Source: an uncultured Chloroflexia bacterium (GTDB lineage Bacteria; Chloroflexota; Limnocylindria; Limnocylindrales; CSP1-4). Taken from it: a stretch of 64,000 bases of DNA. The stretch lies in NCBI GenBank assembly GCA_963741085.1, contig CAVUGM010000001.1, positions 124,558-188,557 on the forward strand, read 5' to 3'. Below are positions 1 to 9,229 of the stretch, in pieces (within the stretch, counting starts at the first letter, position 1; each line of letters starts with the position of its first letter). A program made the position numbers and the translations under genes. The notes beneath the pieces were generated by a model, which saw only the letters and a program-made list of their open reading frames with translations, did not search any database and was not told the origin of the DNA.

Positions 1-306
1 GGTCGCGGGGATCGTGGTTGCCGGCGTCACGATCACCACGAGCTCGGGAACCTCGGGCAGCGCCGCCAGGTTCGGGTAGGCGCGCACGCCGAGGATGCTG
101 GCCCGACCCTTGTTGACCGGGTAGACGGTGCCGCCGAACGGGCTGCTGATCAGGTTCCAGAAGACCGTCCGCCCCACGCTCCCCTCCTTCTCCGTGGCGC
201 CGATGACGGCCACGGATGCGGGGGCGAAGAAGCTCTCGAGCGGGTTGCGGGTGACGCCGAGGACGTCCGCGGTCTTGTCGCGCATCGCCCGCGGGGACGT
301 GGGCAT
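1..306 (-). CDS. acetate--CoA ligase (ADP-forming)/acyl-CoA synthetase family protein. Only the N-terminal CoA-binding domain is present; the gene runs off the window start.
   Basis: Not in the ORF track because there is no stop in the window. Reverse translation from the ATG (complement of 304-306) gives [96 protein letters not shown]. This is the typical SVAVIGA..GSVG...VYPVN signature of CoA-binding domains. Confidence 0.6.
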   Translation of the reverse strand, partial: MPTSPRAMRDKTADVLGVTRNPLESFFAPASVAVIGATEKEGSVGRTVFWNLISSPFGGTVYPVNKGRASILGVRAYPNLAALPEVPELVVIVTPATTIPAT

Positions 307-551
307 GTCGAACGGCAGCGCGGTGGGGGCGAGGTCGGGCACGGTGCTGGCTCCGGTCAGGCTGCGGTGGCGCGGGTATCCCGCGGTCAGGGACGACGTG
401 GTGGGGCCAGAGTGCCACGCCCCGACGGGTGGAGCGGAGGGCCGACTCTCCCCCATCCGGGGGCCGGAGGGCCGCCGATCGCGTACTCTCGGACCGCCGC
501 GACTCGTGTTTGTCCGTTCGGTACCTTCGAACACTGCGAGAGGACGCCGAG

Positions 552-1100
552 ATGTCCGGCAGGTCAGCCGTCATCGTCCCAATCGAGCTCCCCGCGCGCC
601 TCGCAGTCCTCCGCGCCGCGGGTGACCGGCTGGCCGCTGGTGGCGTCCCCGCGCATGTGACCGTCCTGTTCCCGTTCCTGGCGAACGAGGCCCTGACACC
701 GTCGGTTCGCTCGGCTCTGGCTCGGCTGGCCGCCCGGAACCCGCCATTCGTCGCGCGCTTCAGCCGCGTCGAGCGCCGCGAGGAGATGGTCTGGCTCGTG
801 CCCGCGAGCCAGCGGCCGTTTCTTGACCTCACGCTCGCCGCGGCCGCCCTGTGGCCCGATCACCCGCCGTACGGTGGCGTCCACGACAGGCTGATCGCCC
901 ACCTGACCCTCGTCGACACCACGGATCGCGTGGCGCGCGATGCCGCGTGGGCCGCAGCGCAGGAGATCGGTCCGTTCGAGGCGGCGGTTCGCGAGCTCAC
1001 GGTCATCACCGAGAGCGCGTCGGGCGGATGGCGGACGCGCTGGCGGCTGCCGATGGGCGACCGGGCGACTCCGGCGCCTTCGCCGACGGGAAGGTTGTGA
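552..1100 (+). CDS. 2H phosphoesterase superfamily protein (LigT / 2'-5' RNA ligase-like)
   Basis: This is the internal ATG of ORF 429..1100 and is preceded by GAGAGGA. Two H-x-T-x motifs are present (HVTVLFPF and HLTLVD). Sequence upstream of the ATG is Arg/Ser-rich and looks non-coding. Confidence 0.7.
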   Translation: MSGRSAVIVPIELPARLAVLRAAGDRLAAGGVPAHVTVLFPFLANEALTPSVRSALARLAARNPPFVARFSRVERREEMVWLVPASQRPFLDLTLAAAALWPDHPPYGGVHDRLIAHLTLVDTTDRVARDAAWAAAQEIGPFEAAVRELTVITESASGGWRTRWRLPMGDRATPAPSPTGRL

Positions 1101-1196
1101 TCTTCCCTGCGTCGATGGTCGATCGGGGTGACCGGCGACGGATGGTGAGGCGCGCTCTGCCGACGGACTCGTGACGCGAAAGCCGGCCGCCGTGGG

Positions 1197-2165
1197 CTAC
1201 GACACGACGCCGAGGTCCAGGAGGAAGTCGACGAGGCCGGTGAAGTAGGTCTCCTGGTCGTCGTACATCGCGCAATGGCTCCCGCTCGCGCAATACAGGT
1301 ACCGGCCCTTTGGGAGGCGGCTTGCCATGTCGGCCATGAAGGCGGGATCCATCGTGTCGTGCCGGGCCCCGATCACGAGCGCCGGCACCTCGATGCGCCC
1401 GAGATCGTCGGTGCGGTCCCAGTCGAGCAACCTTCCGCTCAATCCGAGCTCGCTCGGCCCCTGCATGGGAACGTAGATCGCAGGGTTGATCTTGGCGAAC
1501 ATCCGGACGACAGGCTCCGGCCACTCGTCGACCGGCATGCGCAGGACGTGTTCGGTGTAGTGGTGCTCCAGGAGCAGCTCCATGTATCGAGGATCGGCGG
1601 TCTCGCCCCGCGCCTCGAGGTCCTTGATCTCCGCGAGCGCGGCCTCGTCCATTGCGGGCATGAGCACGTTCTCGGCGTACGCGTTGTAGGCGCGGCAACT
1701 CGACATCATGTTCGAGATGACGAGTCCCTTGAGTGCGTCCCCGTGGTGAAGGGCGTACTCGATGGCGAGGATGCCGCCCCAGCTCTGGCCGAAGAGGATG
1801 AAGTTCGAGCGATCGAGACCCAGGGCGATCCGCACCTGCTCCACCTCGTCGACGAACCGGTCGAGCTCCCACAGGTCGGAGTCGTCGGGCTGGTCGCTGT
1901 ACGCGGAGCCCAGCTGATCGTAGTAGTAGTACTCGATCCCGGCGGCGGGCAGGTAGCTGTCAAAGCACTCGAAGCCCTCGTGGGTAGCGCCGGGACCGCC
2001 GTGAAGGAGCAACACCTTCACGCGCGGGTTGTTGCCGACGCGCTTTGTCCACACGCGGAAGTTGCCCCTTGGCGTCGTGATCGGAATCATCACCGCCCCG
2101 CCGCTCAATCGGTCGGGCCGGCCCGAGTAGTCGAGGTAGGGGTCCCGTGTGGGCATGGCCGCCAT
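1197..2165 (-). CDS. pip: proline iminopeptidase family alpha/beta hydrolase (S33)
   Basis: C-terminal 322 aa of ORF 1197..2474. Motifs seen are LLLHGGPGATHE, the GQSWGG nucleophile elbow, and the ending CASGSHCAMYDDQE. Start is taken at MAAMPTRDPYL (cat at 2163-2165); the alternative is 2156. Confidence 0.85.
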   Translation of the reverse strand: MAAMPTRDPYLDYSGRPDRLSGGAVMIPITTPRGNFRVWTKRVGNNPRVKVLLLHGGPGATHEGFECFDSYLPAAGIEYYYYDQLGSAYSDQPDDSDLWELDRFVDEVEQVRIALGLDRSNFILFGQSWGGILAIEYALHHGDALKGLVISNMMSSCRAYNAYAENVLMPAMDEAALAEIKDLEARGETADPRYMELLLEHHYTEHVLRMPVDEWPEPVVRMFAKINPAIYVPMQGPSELGLSGRLLDWDRTDDLGRIEVPALVIGARHDTMDPAFMADMASRLPKGRYLYCASGSHCAMYDDQETYFTGLVDFLLDLGVVS

Positions 2166-2310
2166 TCCCTTCGAGCTACTCCGCCAGAGGCCGATTCTCG
2201 CACCCGCGTGCGGCGCCGCGCGAGGCGCGAGGTTGTTCATGGGCCGTGACCGACCATGGGCCGGGCCTGCCCGTCCGGCCAAGCGCGGCCATCTCGGCGA
2301 CAATCCCGTC

Positions 2311-2745
2311 ATGCTTCCTGCGGTCGTGTTCTCCGCGTCGGTCGACGGCGTCGACTGGCGAGCGCTCAAGGCGGCCCTGGCCGCCGACAACTTCGACAAT
2401 GGACGGACGCCCGAGGAGTACGAGACCTCGCATCGCGCTTCGTACGGTGTCGTCTTCGCGCACGACGGCCACACCTACGTCGGCAACGCCCGCATCCTGA
2501 GCGATGGCGTGTGCAACGCCTACCTCGTGGACGTCTGGACCGCCACGGCCTATCGGCGGCGCGGGATCGGGAGCGAGTTGGTCCGGCGACTGCTCGCCAT
2601 CGTTCCAGGGCAGCATGTCTACCTGTTCACCGACGACATGGCGGCGTTCTACGGCAGGCTTGGCTTCAAGCTTCAGCCTCACGGCATGGGCATGGTCGTC
2701 GGATCCTGGCTCAACCGGCCCCCCGTCGCCCGTAAGCCAGCCTGA
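2311..2745 (+). CDS. GNAT family N-acetyltransferase
   Basis: Internal ATG at 2311 of ORF 2149..2745. The acetyl-CoA motif YRRRGIGSELVRRLL is followed by FYGRLGF. Confidence 0.75.
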   Translation: MLPAVVFSASVDGVDWRALKAALAADNFDNGRTPEEYETSHRASYGVVFAHDGHTYVGNARILSDGVCNAYLVDVWTATAYRRRGIGSELVRRLLAIVPGQHVYLFTDDMAAFYGRLGFKLQPHGMGMVVGSWLNRPPVARKPA

Positions 2746-2830
2746 CCCCACCCTGGACGCCGGGCCATCGCCCACCGAACGCAAACGCAGCCAAACGAGC
2801 AGATTGGAGTGTCCGATGAGCAGGATCAGC

Positions 2831-3017
2831 TCGGCGCCTTCTGCTGGAACCGTACACCGACTGGCCCGCGTTGCTCGAGGCCGGTATCCGGGCGGATCAC
2901 GGTCGACCTTCCTGATCAAGTGGAGCGTGAGTTGAGCGAAGTCAAGATCGGCGCCCTGTGCTGGAACCAGTACACCGACTGGCCCTCCCTGCTCGAGGCC
3001 GGGATCCGGGCGGACCG
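2831..3017 (+). repeat. Degenerate direct duplication of the 5' end of the LLM oxidoreductase gene. Copy A is about 2831-2899 and copy B about 2948-3017.
   Basis: TCGGCGCCTTCTGCTGGAACC-GTACACCGACTGGCCCGCGTTGCTCGAGGCCGGTATCCGGGCGGA aligns with TCGGCGCCCTGTGCTGGAACCAGTACACCGACTGGCCCTCCCTGCTCGAGGCCGGGATCCGGGCGGA. The offset is 117 nt, and copy A has a 1-nt deletion. Confidence 0.75.
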
Positions 3018-3873
3018 GCTGGGGTATTCCTCGCTCTGGACGTGGGACCATCTCTACCCGATCGTCGGCGACTCGAACGGGCCGAACTACGAGGGCTGGC
3101 TGACGATCACGGCCTGGGCCCAGGCGACCGAGCGGGTCCGGATCGGGCTGATGGTCGGCGCGAACACGTTCCGCAACCCGGCGCTCGTGGCCAAGATGGC
3201 CACGACGTTCGACCACATCAGCGGGGGACGCGCGATCCTGGGGATCGGGGCAGCGTGGTTCGGGGAGGAGCACGAGGCATTCGGGCTGGAGTTCGGGTCC
3301 GGATTCCCCGAGCGCCTTCGGTGGCTCGGCGAGGCGCTCCCGATCATGCGCGGGATGCTCGACGGAACGGAGCCGACGGCGACCGGCCCACGGTATGCGG
3401 CCCGGGCGGTGCGGAATCTCCCGGCCCCGCTCCAGGTGCGGTTGCCGATCTGCGTCGGGGGCGGCGGCGAGAAGGTCACCCTCAAGCTCGTGGCGAGGTA
3501 CGCCGACATGAACAACGTCGGGGGTGGCGTCGAAGCCGTCCGGCGCAAGGAGGCGATTCTCCTCGAGCACTGCGCCGCCGTCGGCCGAGATCCGTCCGAG
3601 ATCGAGCGCACGACGGGGATCGGGACGGTCTTCATCCGCGACGACCGGGCCGAGGCCGAGCGTCTCTTCCGGGAGGCATTCGAGCGCAACCGTGTCGCCC
3701 GCGCCTGGACGGACCAGCCCGTCGGCACGCCCGAGGATGTCGCCGAGAAGCTGGCTCCCTACCTCGAGATCGGGTACCGGCATCTCGTCGCCGGATTCCC
3801 CGCGACGTACGACGAGGAATCGATGACCCGCCTCGCGACCGAGGTGAAGCCGATGCTGGAGGAGGTGTCTTGA
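2920..3873 (+). CDS. LLM class (luciferase-like) F420-dependent oxidoreductase
   Basis: ORF 2809..3873. The sequence includes KIGALCWNQYTDWPSLLEAGIRADRLGYSSLWTWDHL...GIGAAWFGEEHEAFG...GTPEDVAEKLAPYLEIGYRHLV. The start is uncertain: GTG 2920, TTG 2932, or GTG 2809 if the scrambled duplicate is translated. Confidence 0.85.
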   Translation: MERELSEVKIGALCWNQYTDWPSLLEAGIRADRLGYSSLWTWDHLYPIVGDSNGPNYEGWLTITAWAQATERVRIGLMVGANTFRNPALVAKMATTFDHISGGRAILGIGAAWFGEEHEAFGLEFGSGFPERLRWLGEALPIMRGMLDGTEPTATGPRYAARAVRNLPAPLQVRLPICVGGGGEKVTLKLVARYADMNNVGGGVEAVRRKEAILLEHCAAVGRDPSEIERTTGIGTVFIRDDRAEAERLFREAFERNRVARAWTDQPVGTPEDVAEKLAPYLEIGYRHLVAGFPATYDEESMTRLATEVKPMLEEVS

Positions 3874-4286
3874 TGGGCGGTTGGGGGACGGCCGCGTGCT
3901 CGTGGAGAGCCGGTCGATACGACGTGTTCGAACGGTCGGCGGAGGGCGGGCTGCGCCACCGGGCGTGGGTGGACGGCGCGCTCGCGATCGACGAGGACCT
4001 CGGCGGGACTCTCGCCTCCGCGCCGACCGTGGTGGCCTGGGCAGTCGACCAGGCCGAGGTGTTCGCGATCTTCTCCGACGGCGGGCTCTGGAACCGTTAC
4101 TGGGACGGCGACTCGTGGCACCCGTGGGAATCGCTCGCCGGAGAGCTCGACCCGGCGTCGACACCGGCCTGCTCGTCGTGGGGCGCCGACCGGCTCGACG
4201 TCTTCGCGCGCGGGCTCGACGGCATGACCTGGCACCGCTGGTGGGACGGCGCGCGCTGGGTGACCTGGGAACGCCTCCCCGCCTGA
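3873..4286 (+). CDS. Trp-rich beta-propeller blade-repeat protein (DUF346/PLL-lectin-like repeats), with only about 3 blades
   Basis: The ATG overlaps the LLM stop (TGATG). There are three ~45-aa repeats of the pattern R.DVFAR..DG.L.HR.WDG..W..WE.L.G, for example ADRLDVFARGLDGMTWHRWWDGARWVTWERL. Confidence 0.65.
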   Translation: MGGWGTAACSWRAGRYDVFERSAEGGLRHRAWVDGALAIDEDLGGTLASAPTVVAWAVDQAEVFAIFSDGGLWNRYWDGDSWHPWESLAGELDPASTPACSSWGADRLDVFARGLDGMTWHRWWDGARWVTWERLPA

Positions 4287-4354
4287 TCACGAGCACGACG
4301 CCGCCCAAACCGGCATCAGAAGTCCGTGCGGCCACGACGCGCAACCACGCGGGG

Positions 4355-4819
4355 CTAGCCGCTTTGGGGCGCTGGCCGTCTCGTCGTGATCAGCTCGGAG
4401 AACGGCTGGATCGAGTCGCGCATCGCACGCTCCAGCTGGCGCCGCACGAGCGGACCGAGGAGCGCGGCGACGATCCCCGACCGAAGCTCGTAGTCGACGT
4501 CGTCGACTTCCTCTGTGCCGCCACCGGATGGGGCGAAATGCTGTGTCCACATCACCCTGGGGCCGTTGTCGTAGGTGGTGACAGTTCTGAACAGCGACGG
4601 GCGGTCGACCTCAAGCACCTCGACGGTTCCGGCCATCGTGCGGCCGAGAAAGCTGGAGTGGAAGCGGCAGGTTGTTCCCGCCTCGTCGCCAGCGCCCCGG
4701 AGGTCAGTGACGTCCTTCACCGACTTCATGACCTTCGGCAGGAGCGTCAGGTCGACCGCGACATCGAAGACGCGCTCGATCGGCGCGTCCCAGTGGACAA
4801 CGGTGTGGATGTGCCCCAT
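4355..4819 (-). CDS. SRPBCC family protein (polyketide cyclase/dehydrase-like)
   Basis: Internal ATG of ORF 4355..4930 (MGHIHTVVHWDAPIERVFDVAVDLTLLPKVM...). The length is about 154 aa and the N-terminus is typical of START/Bet v1-like proteins. Confidence 0.7.
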   Translation of the reverse strand: MGHIHTVVHWDAPIERVFDVAVDLTLLPKVMKSVKDVTDLRGAGDEAGTTCRFHSSFLGRTMAGTVEVLEVDRPSLFRTVTTYDNGPRVMWTQHFAPSGGGTEEVDDVDYELRSGIVAALLGPLVRRQLERAMRDSIQPFSELITTRRPAPQSG

Positions 4820-5150
4820 GTCGATGCCTCCCACGACGACACTGCGTGATCGGGCCGGTCTTGCTGTGGCCCCGGCAAGGTCCCGAAGCGAGCCTGTGTG
4901 GGAGCCACCCGCTCGTGAGCACGATGGCAAGCCGGTTTCGGAGGCGTCAACGGCCGAAGGTCACGGCCGGGCGACGCCCGCACAGCGCCGGGCCCGGATA
5001 AGGCTGCGATAAGCCGCGCCGCGTAGGCTCCCGGTCGACGCCCGCCGCATCGGTTGTGCCCCCAATGCGACGGGCGTCCACGCGTCCGTCCGGCCCAGGC
5101 ACGTGCGTGGGACGACCGGTGCGGCGGCGGACTCGCCACGCGAGGCGCAC

Positions 5151-5204
5151 GCCCGCGCGCACGCCATTCGATCGCCAGCCCGCGCGCACGCCATTCGATC
5201 GCCC
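5151..5204 (+). repeat. Perfect 27-bp tandem repeat x2, with a degenerate third copy extending to about 5220
   Basis: GCCCGCGCGCACGCCATTCGATCGCC[A/C] occurs at 5151-5177 and 5178-5204. If translated in the comEA frame it gives ARAHAIRSP twice. Confidence 0.9.
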
Positions 5205-5231
5205 GCCCGCACGCCCGCCGGGGAGTCGAGC

Positions 5232-6059
5232 GTGGAGCACCCATACCCGTGGCGCGCCCTCGAGGATGCGCCGCAGTCCGGCGAGGGAGGGCCGGTCGAC
5301 ACCTCCACGCCGTCGCCGGAGCGAGGCACGGCGCACGGGCCGACGTCCGGCCGCGGCTTCGTGAAGCCTGTCCGTCGGCATCTCGTCGCGTCGGGCGTCG
5401 TGGCGGTCGGCGTCCTCACGGCGCTGGCGGTCGTCGCGGTCGTCACCGTCGGACCTGCGGGCGGCTCAGCCGTCCTTCCCACCGATCAGGTCGCGTCGGA
5501 CGTCGCGGTCGGGACATCAGCTTCCGCCGAGCCGGGTCGCACGCTCGCCGGCGCATCGCCAAGCGTCGCCGGGTCCACCGCGGTGATCGTGGTGGACGTG
5601 GCCGGCGCGGTCCTCCGGCCGGGCGTCTATCGCCTCCCTGTCGGTGCCCGCGTCGTGGACGCCGTGGCGGCGGCGGGTGGCTACGGGCCGCGGGTGGACG
5701 TCGCGGCGGCAAGCCGGGTCAACCTCGCCGAGCCGCTGACCGATGGGGCGCAGGTTCGAATCCCGTCCCGTGATGACGCATCGGCGAGGACGGCGACCCC
5801 ATCCGCGTCCAGCGCGGGTTCGCCGAAGGCGACCGGCGCGAAGCCTGCGGGTGCTGCGAGCACGCACCCGGTCAACCTCAACACGGCCTCCGCCGAAGAG
5901 CTCGACACGCTGCCCGGCGTCGGCCCGGCCACCGCCGCGAAGATCATCGCATCGCGCGCGAAGGCGCCGTTCGCGAAGGTCGACGACCTGCGCGGGCGCG
6001 GAGTCGTGGGCGAGGCGACGTTCCGGAAGCTGCAGGGTCTCGTGACGGTCGGCCCGTGA
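5232..6059 (+). CDS. comEA: ComEA family DNA-binding competence protein (TM anchor, SLBB domain, helix-hairpin-helix)
   Basis: ORF 5103..6059. It has a TM segment (VASGVVAVGVLTALAVVAVV), an SLBB-like part (VVDVAGAVLRPGVYRLPVGARVVDAVAAAGG) and a C-terminal HhH (VNLNTASAEELDTLPGVGPATAAKIIASR). The start is uncertain (GTG 5232, 5103 or 5361). Confidence 0.8.
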   Translation: MEHPYPWRALEDAPQSGEGGPVDTSTPSPERGTAHGPTSGRGFVKPVRRHLVASGVVAVGVLTALAVVAVVTVGPAGGSAVLPTDQVASDVAVGTSASAEPGRTLAGASPSVAGSTAVIVVDVAGAVLRPGVYRLPVGARVVDAVAAAGGYGPRVDVAAASRVNLAEPLTDGAQVRIPSRDDASARTATPSASSAGSPKATGAKPAGAASTHPVNLNTASAEELDTLPGVGPATAAKIIASRAKAPFAKVDDLRGRGVVGEATFRKLQGLVTVGP

Positions 6060-8495
6060 TTCCCGTTGGCGCCCGGGTGGGGCTCGGGGCGCTGGCCGCG
6101 GCACTCCTCGCCGCCGGCGGCATCGCTGGAGTGACAGGTGTCGTCGCACTCGTGGCGGCCGCCACGATCGGGGTGGCTGGGCTCAGGCTCGACGAACGCC
6201 ATGCGGCCCGCGGGCGCGCCGCGACAGCCCTCGTCGTCGGCGCCTGGCTCCTGTCGGCGCGGCTCCTCCTGGGTGGAGGCGTCGGAGCTGAGGCCCCAGG
6301 CCATCTCCCGGGCGGGACCGGGCCGTGGACCGGCCGCGTGACCGCGCTCGGGACGCCGCGTGAGGGAATGCAGCGCTTCACGCTGGCCCTCGACGCAGCT
6401 GGCAACACACCCGGAGCTTCGGATGGAGGAGATCAGCCGCGGGCGCTGACAGCCGACGCGGCAGCTACAGGTCCGCTACTGCTGGCGGTGACCGCGCCCC
6501 GCTACCCTACGGTCGAGCCTGGCGGATTCGTCCGCCTCGACGGAAAGCTCGAGCCGCCACCCGAGGACGGATACGGCGACTTCCTCCGGCGGAGCGGCAT
6601 CTCTGGCTCGCTCCGATCGGCCGGGCTCGCGCTGGTGGGGCGGGCCGGGGACCCTGCGGCCGTCCTGGAACGCCTGCGGCGCGGCGCCGACGACGCCCTA
6701 GCACGAGCGCTCCCCGAGCCGGCCGCCGGGCTCGCTGCCGGAATCCTCATCGGCCTGCGGGACCGGGTGGACCGTGACCTCGCAGCAGCCTTCACGGCGA
6801 CCGGTCTCTCGCACGTCGTCGCGATCTCCGGCTGGAACATCGCGATCGTCGCCGGCCTCGTCGGCTCGCTCCTCGCCGGGCGGGCTCGGCGCACCCGCTC
6901 GGCGGCGATCCTCGTCGCGATCGTCTGCTACACGCTGCTCGCCGGCGCCTCGCCCTCGGTCGTCCGGGCCGCCGCGATGGCCGGTGTGGCGCTGCTGGCG
7001 CGCGAGAGCGGGCGCCCCGGGACCGCCGCTGCGGCGCTGGGCTGGGCCGTCGCGCTCCTCGTGCTCGCGGTCCCCGCGAACGCCCTGGACATCGGCCTCC
7101 AGCTCTCCGCCGCCGCGACCGCCGGCCTCATCGCCTGGTCCTCCCCGCTGACCGCGGCGATCGAACGGCGGGCGCCCCGGCTTCCGGGCTGGGTACGCGA
7201 GGGCCTCGGGGTCTCGCTGGCCGCGCAGGCCGCGACCCTCCCGATCGTCCTGCTCGCGTTCGGCCGGGTCGCGCCACTCTCCCCGTTGACGAACCTCGCG
7301 GTCGTCCCGCTCGTGCCACTCGCCATGGCGGGCGGAGCACTCGCGCTCGCGGGTGGCTTCATCGTCAGCCTTGGCGCACCGGCAATGGTGGCGACCCTTG
7401 CCGGCCTCCCCGGCGCGCTCGTGCTCGGCCTGCTCATAGCGATCGTCCGCTTCGCTGCGACGCTCCCCCTCGCCAGCCTGACGCTGCCGCCTCCGGCCGG
7501 GGCTCTGGCCGCCGCGGGCGCGGCCGCCGGCCTGGCGGCGTTCTTGTTCCGTCAGCGGCGGGGCACGGAAGCCTCGCGTGCGTCACCCTCGAAGGCGGAG
7601 GTTGGCCGACGACCTGCCCCAGTCTCCGCGACGGCGCGCCATTCCGTGGCCCGTCCGTGCGGGCGGTCTGCTCGCCGCGCTCTCCGTAGCGGTCCTGCTG
7701 GTCGCCGCGGCGACGCGGCCGGACGGGCGCGTCCATGTCACTGTCCTCGACGTGGGCCAGGGCGATGCGATCCTCGTGACCGGCCCGACCGGGCGCCGGA
7801 TGCTCGTCGACGGCGGTCCGGACCCCGAGCGGCTCCTGGTCGCGCTCGACGCTCGCACGCCGCCCTGGGACCGCCGGATTGACCTGGTGGTTCTGACGCA
7901 CCCCCACGACGACCATGCGGCGGGCCTTCCCGCTCGTCATCGAACGATACCGAGTCGGCCGCGTCGCTGAGCCCGGGATGCCCGGAAAGGGGCCCGGCTA
8001 CGAGGCGTTCGCAGCGTGCACTCGCGGCTCGCGGGGTGCGGGCAGCGCGACTGGCCACCGGCGATCGCTTCGTGCTCGACGGGATCGAGGTGCAGGTGCT
8101 CTGGCCGGACGCAGACCAGGTGCCGCGGGCCGCGTCCGATGACGGCAGCGTGGTGAACGATGCGTCGATCGTCCTGCTTGGCACCTTCGAGGGGCGGCGC
8201 TTCCTCCTCTCGGGCGACGCGGAGGCGACTGTGGAGCAGACGCTCGTCGCCCGCGGCCTGCCCGCGCTCGACCTCCTCAAGGTCGGCCACCACGGGAGCC
8301 GCACCTCGACGACCTCGGACGCTCGTGGCCGCGACGCGTCCTCGTCTCGCCGTGATCTCGGTCGGCGCGAAGAACACGTTCGGCCATCCCTCCCCCGAGG
8401 TCGTCGACCGGCTCACGTCCGCGCGGGCCCGCGTCATGCGGACCGACACGGCCGGGACGGTCGACGTGGCCCTCGACCGGGCCGGTGTCGACTGA
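6056..8495 (+). pseudogene. comEC: ComEC/Rec2 DNA internalisation channel with a C-terminal metallo-beta-lactamase domain. The 3' third is broken by 4 frameshifts, possibly assembly indels.
   Basis: GTGA overlap with comEA. The competence domain (LSHVVAISGWNIAIVAG...SPSVVRAAAMAG) is intact in ORF 6056. The MBL domain is split over ORFs 7578 (VHVTVLDVGQGDAILV...THPHDDHAAGL), 7915 (VIERYRVGRVAEPGMPG), 8036 (VLWPD...LSGDAE...VGHHGSR) and 8160 (RLAVISVGAKNTFGHPSPEVVDRL). The frames step 2>0>1>2>0. Confidence 0.85.
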
Positions 8496-8602
8496 CCGCC
8501 CGGAGCGGAGGGCAGCAACGCTCGCGACCTCCGGGCCGCGAGGCGTGACCTCGACCCCCGCGCACGGCCCATCCCCACCCGAGAAGGTCACCGCGCTCCC
8601 GT

Positions 8603-9229
8603 ATGATCGACGCGATGCCCGTCCCCTCTCGCGCGGCCGCGGCCGCCCTCCTGGTCTCGCTCGACCCGCCCGCGTGGCAGGTGCGCCACGCTCGCGCCGT
8701 GGCGGAGGTCGCCGCGTGGCTCGCGGCTGCGTGTGCGCGCGAAGGGCTGGTCGTGGACCGCCTGCTCGTCGAGACCGCGGCCCTCCTGCACGACGTCGAC
8801 AAGGCGATCTCGCGGACCGATCCGGCGGCCGCTCTTCCGCACGGCGAGGCCTCGGCCGCGTGGCTGGCGGGCCGCGGCTACGCCGAGCTTGCTCGTGCGG
8901 TGGCAGCGCACCCGGTGACACGCCTCGTCTCGGACGACGCCGATGGCTGGCTCGCCACGGCCCCCGTGGAGGAGCTCGTCGTCGCCTATGCCGACAAGCG
9001 CGCCGGGCAGCGCCTGGAGTCGATGGACACCCGATTTGCGGACTGGCACCGTCGCTACCCGGCCGGTTGGGATGCGTCGGCCGCTGCCGCCGCTCGCGCG
9101 CGTGCCGACCTTCTCGAGTCGGCCGTCTGCGGCCGCGCAGGGGTTGCCGCCCCGGACGTGCGTCGCCTGCGGTGGACCGGCCGGGTGTTCCGCGCGACGG
9201 GAAGACGGCGCGTGGGGGTTCCGTCGTGA
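8603..9229 (+). CDS. HD domain-containing protein
   Basis: ORF 8603..9229 carries HARAVAEVAAWLA...LLHDVDK...VAYADKR. It is intact even though it sits inside a frameshift-dense block. Confidence 0.7.
   Translation: MIDAMPVPSRAAAAALLVSLDPPAWQVRHARAVAEVAAWLAAACAREGLVVDRLLVETAALLHDVDKAISRTDPAAALPHGEASAAWLAGRGYAELARAVAAHPVTRLVSDDADGWLATAPVEELVVAYADKRAGQRLESMDTRFADWHRRYPAGWDASAAAAARARADLLESAVCGRAGVAAPDVRRLRWTGRVFRATGRRRVGVPS

Noticed and set aside
2176-4344. 722-aa reverse-strand ORF spanning the GNAT, LLM oxidoreductase and propeller genes
   Set aside because: It lies antisense to three genes that have clear family motifs. It is extremely rich in Arg, Pro, Gly and Ala and has no recognisable domain. 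This is the typical stop-codon-poor antisense frame of a very GC-rich genome.
5151-5220. Tandem repeats here and at 42175-42220 as possible CRISPR arrays
   Set aside because: The repeats are directly adjacent with no spacers. Units are 27 bp and 9 bp, present in only 2-4 copies. No cas genes occur in the window.
5753-5763. GGTTCGAATCC, a tRNA T-arm-like sequence
   Set aside because: It lies inside the comEA SLBB-domain coding sequence (DGAQVRIPSR). The flanks do not form acceptor, D or anticodon stems, and the putative T-stem has a mismatch.
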